A stretch of 64,000 nt of DNA from Octopus sinensis (Eukaryota), in contig NC_043004.1 of assembly GCF_006345805.1 (NCBI RefSeq), positions 73,780,001 to 73,844,000 on the forward strand, given 5' to 3'. Both the position numbers and the translations under genes were made by a program. The notes beneath the pieces are model-generated. The model did not search any database, was not told where the DNA came from, and saw only the letters and a program-made list of their open reading frames with translations. The stretch's first letter is position 1, and each line of letters begins with the position of its first letter. Shown here piece after piece: positions 50,871 to 62,790 of the stretch.

Positions 50871-51657
50871 TATGTACACAGACACACACACATATACGGA
50901 TGTATATTTGAACTGGGGGTTAGTTACTCACTGACCTTTACTTTGGGAGAGAGTTATGAATATATTTAATACAGTGTGGGGTCTGCATGTGCATATAACA
51001 GTAAGTATGCGTACATACATTACCTTTTTAGACCAGTCTCTCACACACACACACATACATATAAATACATACATACCTACATACAGAGAGTGGTTAAACG
51101 TGTCTCTGATCAGTAGAAATTGTTATGAAGACTTGAAAGGAGCAAAAATGAAATGTGTTGAATCAATTAGATTTATGAGTAAAGTATAATGGTGATCGGT
51201 GATAGATATGAGAGTGACATCAATGGAGGTGGTTACCATTCTATTTGTGTGCATGATGGGTCCTTATTATTGCTGTTATACTTTCTCCATATCAAATCCG
51301 AATAAATAGGCTTTTGATGAAAGATCTTCCAGAAATGACCATCCTGTCTTTATTCGTACATTTTTTCTCTCTTTCGCTTTTTGAAGACGTTACCGTGTTG
51401 TTTGAGGTGTTTTTGACAGCTATTTCACAGATGTCGGGAGGAAAAGTTGACACTTCCTCTTGGCCCGTGTTATTAATATTAAACATCAGGTTAGCCCTGC
51501 TTGAACTGAATTATGATTAAAGACATTCCAGCCGTGAGCATCCTGCTTTTTTAGAGCATAGTACATCCTGGATAAGATATAGCAGAATGGTAACTTAGCT
51601 GCTATTTCTGCCAAATCCAGTGATCACATTGGCTCATTGCAGTTTGATACATACTTA

Positions 51658-51735
51658 TATAACTTGACAGACATGTATAACTTGACACACACATGTATAA
51701 CTTGACACACACATGTATAACTTGACACAAACATA
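51658..51735 (+). repeat. Minisatellite, 4 x 18-20 bp (TATAACTTGACACACACATG)
   Basis: Directly visible. Confidence 0.9.
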
Positions 51736-51971
51736 CAGGCATACTCCCTACCCTTTCTTCATATGTCTCTCTTATAGACATACTATATCCGTCTCCACAG
51801 TTTACTATAGATAATCCGTATCTTCTCTTCCACACTTGGGTTAAATTATACAAATAATGACTTCATCTTTATCCACTGTATTTATGTCTATGCTGCGTTT
51901 CAATGCTCCATCTTCGATCGTCTGATATTCCATCTTTAACCGTGAGAAGAGCAGAAATATAACCCCACACT

Positions 51972-52461
51972 GACAGGGGAAGTAACCGCCTCATGACTCT
52001 CCCGAGGATCTACCAGATTAGGCTAGTTTCGCCTATTCTGTAAGCATTTCAGTGGTGACTTCTCGAACGACTCGTGGTCGGCTAATTCCGTCTACCAACA
52101 TATATATTTACCATAAAAATTTATGGCTGATTTAGTGAAATGCTAATGCGTATACTAAAAAATACTATAACAGCCAGGCGCTATTTTATTTCTAGCACCC
52201 TTAGTCACACATAATTACGACTGAATTTTTCCTTTATGATATCATATTGCATTTGGGTGTTTATATTAAATTTTAGTGTACGCGTTAGCATTTCGCTAAA
52301 TCATCTCTAAATTTTTATGGTAAATGTATAAATATGCTGGCAGACGAAATTAGCCGACCATGAGGAGCCATCACCATTTGACGGTGCGTACAGTAGAGGC
52401 GAAAACTAAGCTTAGTCTGGTCGATCCTCGAGACAATCATAGAGCGATTACTTCCACTGTC
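51972..52461. mobile_element. Foldback element with ~190-bp imperfect inverted arms
   Basis: 51972-52160 aligns to the reverse complement of 52271-52461 (e.g. TTTACCATAAAAATTTA, GGTCGGCTAATT). Confidence 0.85.
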
Positions 52462-52635
52462 GATGTATGAGTATCTATTTGCGCTCTTCTTACAGCATTA
52501 AGAGAACTTTAACTCTTATTTCTAGCAATGTAGGTGTATCGGTTCCCTTAGTCACACTTAGTAACGATTGAATCTTTCCTTTATAGTATCACATTGTACC
52601 TGGCTGTTTATATCAATTTACATGTGTGTGTGTGT

Positions 52636-52805
52636 GTGACAACCGAAGCTGGTGTGTTTACGACCCCGTAACTTAGCGGTGCGACAAAAGAGACCGACAG
52701 AATAAGTACTAGGCTTACAAAGAATAAGTCATGTGCTCGATTCGTTCGATTAAAGGCGGTGCTCCAGCATGGCTGCAGTCAAATAACTGCAGCAAATAAA
52801 AAAAT
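52636..52805 (+). mobile_element. SINE family A, 3' half
   Basis: Homology to the 1502 copy. Confidence 0.85.
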
Positions 52806-52910
52806 GAAAGAATATATTCAAGAGCTGTTATTCACTACATGTAGCAGATATTCGAATATTCGAAGTTAATATTTCACTACTTCATTACTCAGAACTTAAT
52901 ATATAATACA

Positions 52911-52942
<32 letters not shown>

Positions 52943-53008
<66 letters not shown>
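52943..53008. repeat. (GATA)n
   Basis: Directly visible. Confidence 0.95.
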
Positions 53009-53009
<1 letters not shown>

Positions 53010-53632
53010 TGGAAGAAAATACACATTATGTACAGAACATCACCAACAAGTGAAAAATACGGAAACACATAAGTAGAAGCAAGTACGGAACAAAATATCA
53101 AAAGAGGTTACAACCCGTGTTTTTATCTATAAGCGTAAAAATTAAAAGTAATTAAAATTCAATGTATTCTTGAAAGGAGAAATTTCTATATAGATTCGGA
53201 TTTAAATTCCAATCTGTGAAAAATTTCCGTTCTACAATATTCTTAAAGGGACGAATAATTATCCAGCAACTCGGGCTGATACGAACGAGCCTGGTCGGCT
53301 TAAAAGACTAACTGACATCTTTTGTCCAAGAGTACAGGCGACATGATGTAGAGCTCGCTGATGTTTGTTGAGCACTCTGCTGTTATTCTGTGCATCTGTG
53401 AGTGAAGATCAGTTGAGTTTTGGTGGGATGCTTTGTTTTTACCCTTAACTTAGAAAGGAAGAAAAACATTGTGCTAGGTATAAAAAATTAGCCATTTGGG
53501 GTTAGAAAGAAAGCGAAAAAAACGTGAAATTCTTGGAGCAGGAATGTGGATTATGCGAAACTTGTGATGAGCCCGAGTGACGCTCATAACATTGAGCCGC
53601 CATGGATGTGTGTGTGTGGTGTGTGTGTGTGT

Positions 53633-53679
<47 letters not shown>

Positions 53680-53802
53680 TGTATGTGTGTGTGTGTATAA
53701 AAATATAGAGGTAAAAATTAATAGAGATAATTTAATTGCATGCTGGTCACTGATATTATTTTATAATAATAATAATTTTATACTTTTATATATATTTTTT
53801 AT

Positions 53803-53995
53803 TCTTTTACTTGTTTCAGTCATTTAACTGCAGCCATGCTTGAGCACTGCATTTAGTGGAGCAAATCGACCTCAAGACTTATTCTTTGTAAGCCTATACT
53901 TATTCTATCGGTACTTGAGTCGAACCACTAAGTTACGGGGACGTAAACACACCAGTATCGGTTGTCAAGTGATGTTGGGGGGACAAACACAGATA
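53803..53995 (-). mobile_element. SINE family A, 3' half
   Basis: Homology to the 1502 copy. Confidence 0.85.
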
Positions 53996-54049
53996 CGCAA
54001 ACACATACACACACATATATGTATGTATATATATATATGTGTGTATATA

Positions 54050-54350
54050 TACGATTATAGATAATAACTCGGGCTGTAACTTTTGAGCCCGAATCAGGCG
54101 CGTGTGGACGATGTCGAGAAAACGTCTGCTACTTTTTGACACGGGGCACCCCTAAGACGACCGCCAGACGCTGAACGAAAAGAAATGAAGTGCAACCAGG
54201 CTCAATAAAAGGAGTCAGACTTATTGGCTTCAATTAAACACTTGAAGTCAATGTTGGCAGAAATTAAATCAGTTTGCAAATTACATGTCCACTTTATTAA
54301 ATTTATACTCGGGTGAAACCCGAACAGCCCGAGTGCTGGAGTCGCCACTG
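54050..54350 (+). mobile_element. Unclassified HINE-like repeat, copy 2
   Basis: Perfect 11-bp inverted pair ACTCGGGCTGT/ACAGCCCGAGT; short hairpins near both ends. Confidence 0.75.
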
Positions 54351-54413
<63 letters not shown>

Positions 54414-54417
<4 letters not shown>

Positions 54418-55128
54418 ATGGGGCAGAGAGGATGGACGTCTTTGAAAAATTCACAAAATCATTAATTTTAGCTGCAAACAAATTTTATTGATATCAATGT
54501 GTTTGCATTGAATTAACATTTTCCATAATTACGTGTGGAAAGCAACATCCGTCATGTGGTGTTCGCTTTTCATTGATGTGTTTCTGAAGGTGTACTTTCT
54601 CAAGCATAGTCCCATGGTTTAAACTATTGGCCAATAACCAATTTGTACGGGTGGAAATGCAGGTTTTCATGCAAAATATGCGATTACCGATGTCAAGTTC
54701 AGTGGAATGCCTCTGAGCAGAGCGATTCGAACTTCGTATCAAAGTTTGTCTGACGCGTTCCACATTTTCCGGGGTCCGTACCGTTCGTGGCGCCCCCACC
54801 GGTCTCCTATTCATTAGCATACCTCGTGTACGCAGTGCATTCACCCAACGTAATATTGTGTTACGGGTGGAAACAGTTTGATTTCGGTGAATGTTGAAGT
54901 GGGGCCGAAACTCACGTTGAACTGCTGTCACAGTCTCATTACTCTTCACGTAACTATCGTAGCCAAAAACACTAAGCTTTATCAACCACCGCGCCATGGC
55001 TTCACCTGAAAAGAAAAAAGAAATGCTGAGACACTACTGACCGAATGGCACCTGTTGGACGTATGTCCACCAACCTGGGGCTGAGTAACAGCCATTTCAA
55101 AAACGTCCGTATTCTCTGTCCCACCCTC
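54414..55128 (-). mobile_element. Tc1/mariner-superfamily element (DUF4817-type N-terminus, rosa/DD41D-like), catalytic domain deleted
   Basis: ORF 54997-54494 SNETVTAVQREFRPHF...RNTILRWV...RTVRTPENVERVR; frameshifted ILHENLHFHPYKL; tail HMTDVAFHT*; TIRs AGG(A/G)TGGG(G/A)CAGAGA..GGACGT.TTTGAAA inserted in (TA)n. Confidence 0.88.
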
Positions 55129-55380
55129 TTTTACTTGTTTCAGTCATTTTGACTGTAGCCATGCTGGAGTTCCGCCTTTTAGTCGAGCAAATCGCCCCCG
55201 GGTCTTATTCTTTGTAAGCCTAGTACTTATTCTATCGGTCTCTTTTGCCGAATCGCTAAGTTATGAGGACGTAAACACACGTAAACACACATATGAACGA
55301 CGGGCTTCTTTTAGTTTCCGTCTACCAAATCCACTCACAAGGCTTTGGTCGGCCCGAGGCCATAGTAGAAGACACAGCAC
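55129..55380 (-). mobile_element. SINE family A, internally shortened
   Basis: 3' half joined to a truncated 5' half with almost no microsatellite. Confidence 0.85.
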
Positions 55381-55408
55381 TTCTACGCCTATATATATAT
55401 ATATATAA

Positions 55409-55444
<36 letters not shown>

Positions 55445-55735
55445 TGTATGTATGTATGTATGTATGTATATATATATATACAGTTTGCACATTGAAGAGA
55501 ACTCGTGTCTAAATGTCATTAATCTGTGTGTGTGTGTTGTGTGGTTGTGTACGTAAGAAAGGAAGTGAGAAAGAAATTATTCATGTAGAGAGAGATGTAG
55601 ATAGCAGATGCCGAGAAGTACAGAGAAATGGAGGCAGAAACATGTGGCGAAAAATGAGAAATTTTAAGAGAAATTTCTTATTCATTACAACTAATAACTC
55701 TCTTCTATGCATTTGCACGCTCGTGAGTGTTAGCA

Positions 55736-55776
<41 letters not shown>

Positions 55777-56026
55777 AATTATATTTGGAATATACGTGTA
55801 TATGTGTGTGAGGATGTATAGGAATGCATGTATAACTATCTGCGTGTATACATATGCACATGCATGTGTGTATAAATACGAACATACATACTTGAATGCG
55901 AGCATACATAGTACATGCATATATATTTAGGTGTATACATACATAACGCACATACATATAGATATAAGCATAAATATAAACACACATACATTTGTAATAT
56001 ATATTTCGTGGATATATACATTACAT

Positions 56027-56137
56027 ACATACATACATACATATCTACATACATACATACATACATACATATATACATACATACATATATACATACATAC
56101 ATATATACATAAATACATACATACACACACACATACA

Positions 56138-56171
<34 letters not shown>

Positions 56172-56316
56172 CATACATACATATATACATAAATACATAC
56201 ATACACACACACATACATACATACATACATACATACATACATACATACATACATACACACATACATACATACATACATACATACATACATACATACATAC
56301 ATACATACACACATAC
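56027..56316. repeat. (TACA)n array
   Basis: Directly visible. Confidence 0.95.
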
Positions 56317-56539
56317 ATCGAAAAATCGAACTCCGTTCAAGAGCAACAATAACAAAAAACGGTGATCATAGATCAAGGAACGAATCGAAGAATTCCTTTC
56401 ATAAAGCTTTGTCCTTTCGAATCTTGCCAAAAGCAGAGACTTCCGACAGAAGAACGATTCCATTGAAATCTTGTCACCATTAACTTTTCCTCTTATCACT
56501 AACCAAAAGAGATTCCAGAATGTTCCAAGTTCAATCACT
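56317..56539 (-). other. Candidate exon (223 nt, one open frame)
   Basis: Acceptor ttatgtatttcag; the donor gtatgt is supplied by the microsatellite edge; no homology recognised. Confidence 0.15.
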
Positions 56540-56617
56540 CTGAAATACATAACTCAAAGTCCAATTGAACTGTTGGCTCTAAGTATATATTTATACATGC
56601 GTACATATATACATACT

Positions 56618-56667
<50 letters not shown>

Positions 56668-56713
56668 CAGAAAGAGAGAGGGGCAGAGGGAGAGAGAGAG
56701 AGATTGGTAGGTG

Positions 56714-56745
<32 letters not shown>

Positions 56746-57080
56746 CATGTATACATGCATACATATATACATACATTCGTATATACATATGTACATATTT
56801 ACATTTATATAAATACATGTATATGTGTGTAGCGTACATGCGCGCGTGTTCGTATGTGTGTGTTTGCGTGTGTGTGTGCATGTTTGTGTGTATGTGTGTG
56901 TGTGTGTGTATGCGCGCGCACATACACACACATAGCACCATGTAAAGGTCAGAACAGAATGCATTGTTATCTTAACACGACACAATTCTTCCAACAATTG
57001 CTTATATTTTTCTTTTCCTTTTTTTATTTATTTAACGAAAGAAAAATTCATTAAATAAGACTACGTGGTTTCAGGTTCAA

Positions 57081-57165
57081 TCAGCGACGCTTTCCGTATT
57101 CGTGTCTACTCTTACTCTTGAATAAGCAGAGTAAGAGCACACACGAAGACGGAAAGCGTCACTGA
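57081..57165 (-). ncRNA. Candidate pre-miRNA-like hairpin
   Basis: 38-bp arms (57081-57118 / 57128-57165) with a 9-nt loop; the minus strand gives 2 G-U wobbles and 2 mismatches, versus 4 mismatches on the plus strand. Confidence 0.45.
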
Positions 57166-57345
57166 GGAGGTCACAGGTGTGTGAAGATTTCCGGACAATG
57201 GGCATGAGTTGGAATAAGAACAGTAATAAACGAGTAAAGAACGAAGACACAGTGCGAGTGTTTATTTGTCCAAAAAAGAAAAAAAATTACCATCCCGAAA
57301 TACAACAATATTTTTTTTTTAATCATGCAACACAAATTCATAACC

Positions 57346-57405
<60 letters not shown>

Positions 57406-57649
57406 TCAGCAAAAATTTAGATTCAAATGAATATGGTACTTAATTTAGATGCACCAGAAATCTGTATGGTGTTATCCATAAAAATCTGTGGGGTGATTAT
57501 AATCAAAATAAGCAACAAGAATGACTCCGGTAATTTGGTACGATCGTTTCGTACTACATCATTTTATTAAATGTTGTAAGTATTACAACAGTTTTTAAAT
57601 GCTGAGCACTCATCAGCCAATTATAGAGGTTTTCCATTAATACAAAAAA

Positions 57650-58350
57650 TTTCATATCAAGAGGCAACATTATAGAGAAGGTAGATACATAGACAAAGAT
57701 GTGGATTTAAATTTTAAGAACATTTGAGGTAGTGGAGCCCATCAACTGACTGACTAAGATTTGGTTGTTCCAGACTACTGTAAGGTTCTGAGAATGAAAA
57801 ACAAATGAGAGGAGACAATAAAGATTTTCTAATTATAGAAATGGGGTAAAGGGGATGTCATAGCTCCATATAAGGAATTTATGTGGAAGACAGCATTGTC
57901 ACAACTAAATGCCAATTACTACTATTTGATGAACAGATTCAGCGTTAGGAGAACTAGGTCAATGTCAAGTGGTCACAATAACATTCACAGAGAATGCAGA
58001 GACCTTACAAACCCTATGCATATCATCACATCAGCTGGTCAATAAGTTCCAAGTACTTTGACACGTTAGAATAAAGGAAAAAATATAAATCTAAAATTTA
58101 TTCAAATTTGGAGAAAGAGACTATCACTTATTATGAGTAGGCATAGTACTTATTAACTGGGGGAAAAAGCCTTATTAATCAAGTGAACATAATAGGGGTC
58201 AAAATATATGCTAAGAAAGATGGAAGAGAGAAAATCAAAGAAAGAAGATATTCATAGGCTCAGTGGAAGAGGGGTAATTTAGAAGAGTAAATTATTCAAA
58301 TTTCATGGATAGTCAGTTGATATTAATGAATTAAAATATAGGATCTATTG
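57650..58350 (+). mobile_element. Highly decayed L1/Tx1-like RT 3' remnant (tentative)
   Basis: VNIIGVKIY...AQWKRGNL..IIQ weakly recalls the YLGV / WK..L motifs of L1-clade RTs. Confidence 0.2.
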
Positions 58351-58494
58351 GAAATAAAATTTACTACCTGCGGATTAAAGTTAATTAGTTAGGTAAAAAT
58401 ATCTTAGGTTAATTATATATTTGACTGAAACATAAAAGAATAAAAGAATACGCATATACACACATGTGTGAGTATGTACATATGTATGTGTCGT

Positions 58495-58854
58495 GGAGGC
58501 GCAATGGCCCAGTGGTTAGGGCAGCGGACTCGCGGTCGTAGGATCGCGGTTTCGATTCCCAGACCGGGCGTTGTGAGTGTTTATTGAGCGAAAACACCTA
58601 AAGCTCCACGAGGCTCCGGCAGGGATGGTGGTGATCCCTGCTGTACTCTTTCACCACAACTTTCTCTCACTCTTACTTCCTGTTTCTGTTGTACCTGTAT
58701 TTCAAAGGGCCGGCCTTGTCACTCTCTGTGTCACGCTGAATATCCCCGAGAACTACGTTAAGGTTACACGTGTCTGTGGAGTGCTCAGCCGCTTGCACGT
58801 TAATTTCACGAGCAGGCTGTTCCGTTGATCGGATCAACCGGAACCCTCGTCGTC
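58495..58854 (+). mobile_element. SINE family D, young copy
   Basis: About 96% identical to 4285-4667. Confidence 0.9.
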
Positions 58855-59088
58855 ATATGTATGTGTGTGTGTGTGCAGTTGTGTGGTTAAGTAGTTCATT
58901 TCGCATCCACACGCTTTCAGATTCTGTCACACTACGCTGCACTGGGGGGGGGGTGCTAGTGTGTCCTGTTACAGCCCTCAGTCAGTTAATGTGGTGTAAA
59001 TGGGAAACCCGTCGCATGTACGTGTGTGTGTGTGTGTGTGTATGTGTGTGTGTGTGTGTATGTGTGTGTGTGTGTGTGAAAGATAGAT

Positions 59089-59143
<55 letters not shown>

Positions 59144-59146
59144 CAC

Positions 59147-59342
59147 CTTCTCATATATTTTGCTATAAAAACATCTCTGGCTTTTGTTAGGGGAGATTTT
59201 CAGTTTAAATTCTTCTGTTGCCGATGATTCATAGTTTCGTCCATGTTGTTCGCAAACAGCAGCAGTAACTTTCTTCAGCTGAATACACGCCATTAATTGG
59301 GTAAAATTACCCAAATACGACAACTTTAACACAAAATAAATT
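59147..59342 (-). other. Candidate exon (196 nt, phase 2-0)
   Basis: Acceptor attctgtattttag, donor AAG|gtgtct; open frame IYFVLKLSYLGNFTQLMACIQLKKVTAAVCEQHGRNYESSATEEFKLKISPNKSQRCFYSKIYEK. Confidence 0.25.
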
Positions 59343-59916
59343 CTAAAATACAGAATTTTGTCAAAAACATTAAGAGTAAACCATGTTCTACGTGACACAT
59401 TCAACCAGTATCAAACTGTTTATTGAAAAAATTTGGCAATCTGTGACTGAGATTCAACAGGTCCAAAGGAACAGCAGAATAGGTACCAGACTTAGAAAAT
59501 AAGAACTGGAGGCCGATTTGATCGACTAAACCCTTCAAGGCGCTACCCAATATGGCTGCCACACAATATGGTTGCAACAAGTAAAAGAATAAAATAATAT
59601 GTAAATACATACATCCGTTACAGATCTGCATAGTTTGAAGCATAAACAACGGACGAAAGCTGTAACTTTCTGTGCCCTTCCAACTGGTTAGGTCAACACA
59701 TGTCATTATTCTTCCATTACCATAGGACTTTGAATAGATGGAATGACAAATGAGGTCACCAAAAGCAGATACCTGCACGATATTGAATTATAGTGATTAA
59801 TGGCTGTGCAACACCACTACCACTCTCTGAGTTTCAATGACTCGTACTTAGAGACAGTCCGAAGCGAGATGACCACTAATCGTGCCCAACCAGTTTTACA
59901 TCAGGAGCAAAATGCC

Positions 59917-60007
59917 ATACATACATACATACATACATACATACACACACACACATACATGCACACACACATACATACATACAAACATACATACATACAT
60001 ACATACA

Positions 60008-60041
<34 letters not shown>

Positions 60042-60108
60042 CACACATACATACATACATACACACACATACATACATACATACATACATTCATACATGC
60101 ATGCATAC
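59917..60108. repeat. (TACA)n array
   Basis: Directly visible. Confidence 0.95.
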
Positions 60109-60600
60109 ATGACGGAAGTCAACTCGTGACCAAGCAAGACCACTCCCTTAACCCTGTAAGTTCGTGCAAACGTACCCAGAGTCTACGAAGTTCTCGTTCG
60201 TGAATTTGTTTTGAATAGATGAACTGTTGCACGCTACTGAACCGACTTTCAGCGTGATCAGCTGTAAACCCGGTGACACAAGTGGAGACGACGACCAGGA
60301 CCCAACCGCGCTTCCTGTTTGTTCGTGCGTATTTACTTTCCCCGAGAAGGAAGTTCTATTCCGGATCAGAGTAGGCTTGAGTACAAATAGTGACTAACAA
60401 GTGGTTCCACATCCCTTAAAACCCTGGAATTCCTGTACCAGGGTCTCGATCATACTCAGAACGATCGTATAAAAAAAAACTAGTAGCTTTTCTTTGAATT
60501 TTTGTGCCAAAACCAGACTAGTTCTCAATACACCCGTCTGTGTTAGATATGTGTCGAATCTGCCCCAATTGTTTGTTGATACGGTTGTATTTCATCATAC

Positions 60601-60681
60601 TTGAAACTTTTCGTGAGATTTCAGCAAATGTGAAGGCATTCACTTCGGGAATATTGCTCACAGAGGCATCAGAGTTGAGCA
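60601..60681 (-). other. Candidate exon (81 nt, phase 1-1; alternative donor at 60534)
   Basis: Strong acceptor tttttttttctttacttcgttag, donor AA|gtatga; LNSDASVSNIPEVNAFTFAEISRKVS. Confidence 0.3.
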
Positions 60682-61344
60682 CTAACGAAGTAAAGAAAAA
60701 AAAAATTTCAATTCCATATTCGAAAACTTTCAACAGATCAAACACCGCTATAGGCACCCATGAACAAGGTGGTGGTGGTGGTGGTGGCTGGTGGTGGTGG
60801 TGGTGGTAAAGTGGCTGGTGTAACGTACAAACCCAAATGACCCGCCAAAAAAATTGCAGACTCGAATTGCTATAGCTGCTATAATACTGTTATACTCTTG
60901 TTGGTGGTGTTGGTGGGTGGTGGTGGTGGTGGGGTGGTGGTGGTGGTGGTGGTGGTGGTGGTAGTGGTGGTGGTGGTGGTGGTGGTGATGGTGGTGGTGG
61001 CGGTGGTACAATACCTTTATTTGTTTACCTGATTAGATCGGCTGGCTGGCTCGCAGGCTGGCTACATAATTCTGCTCTTAATTTCATTGTTATCTTTAAA
61101 CAACCACACGGAGAAGCGCGCATGTCTATTTGTTGTTGCTATTGTTGTTGCTGTTGTTGTTGTTGCTATTGTTGTTGCTGCTGCTGCTGCTGTTTTCATT
61201 GTTGTTGTCGTTGTTGTTGTTGCTGCTGTTTTTGATACTGGAGCTAATTTTGATGTTTTTATACTTTTATCAGTCAAGGTTCAGTTTCTATTAACCATAA
61301 TGACTTCGATTATAATTAAATTGTTATAGCAATTTATTGTTTGC

Positions 61345-61415
<71 letters not shown>

Positions 61416-61427
61416 AACTACTACTAC

Positions 61428-61481
<54 letters not shown>
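61345..61481. repeat. (ATT)n-(ACT)n-(ATT)n compound microsatellite
   Basis: Directly visible. Confidence 0.95.
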
Positions 61482-62013
61482 CTCTTAAACATTTTGCGAT
61501 CTTAAAAAATAAATGATTTTAAAGATTTTTTTTCACCTTCTAATGGAAACTTTCTTGTCCTAAGCACAGACACAGCATTATATACAGAAACTTGGACCCA
61601 CGCTTGCTCACAGAACAGAAACACACTCACAAGTACACGTACATACACACACATACACACACACACACACAAATACACACACATGTACGCAAGCAAACAA
61701 ACTCACACACATTCACAGAAACACAGAAACACACTGACTTATAGAAAAATAAAAAAACCTTCTCTTCAAGAGACAACTTTAAATATCTTCATATATCCAG
61801 AGAAGCATTAAAAATTAAATGAGTTTAAAATGTCCATCATTATCGTCACCAACATCACCGCCGTATTAACCACATTTGTCTTCATCATCACCATCATTAT
61901 CATCGTTACTACCATTATCATCTGCAGCGTCATTATCAACTACCATCAACCTGGTGGTCTTTGACAATTATATCTGCACAATTTACCTTAATCTCCCTGT
62001 CTACACGAGTTAA

Positions 62014-62089
<76 letters not shown>

Positions 62090-62475
62090 GCGATGACGAT
62101 GACGACGATGATGATGATGATGATCTATAACGCTTACTCTTTTTTTTTATTCTTTTTCCTGTTTCAGTCATTTGACTGTGACCATGCTGGAGCACCGCCT
62201 TTAGACCTGACGCGACACAGAGGCAGATTACAGAGGCCATACACATAGTAATATATGACATGGGTGTATGACAACAGTTCTCAGATTATGGACATAGAAT
62301 AAGAACAATAATAGTAAACAAGTGAAGAGCGACTATACAGTGCGTGTGTTTATTTAACAAGAAAAACGACAGTCCCGAAATATAACTACACACACACACA
62401 CACACAACACACATATATATATATATATATATACATACATATATATAATGTGTGTGTATTCTTTTATTCTTTTAT

Positions 62476-62691
62476 TCTTTTACTTGTTTCAGCCATTTGA
62501 CTGCCGCCACGCTGGAGCTCCGCCTTTACTCAAAGAAATCAACCCCAGGACTAATTCTTTGTAAGCATAGAACTTATTCTATCGGTCTCTTTTGCCGAAC
62601 CGCTTGTTACGGGGACATAAACACACCAGCATCGGTTGTCAAGCGATGGTGGGGGACAAGTCGGATACACAAATAACACACACACACACAC

Positions 62692-62777
<86 letters not shown>

Positions 62778-62790
62778 CATACGACGGGCT
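62476..62790 (-). mobile_element. SINE family A (3' half, microsatellite, start of 5' half)
   Basis: Homology to the 1502 copy. Confidence 0.85.

Noticed and set aside
60748-61011. Poly-His protein
   Set aside because: It is the reverse complement of a (GGT)n microsatellite.
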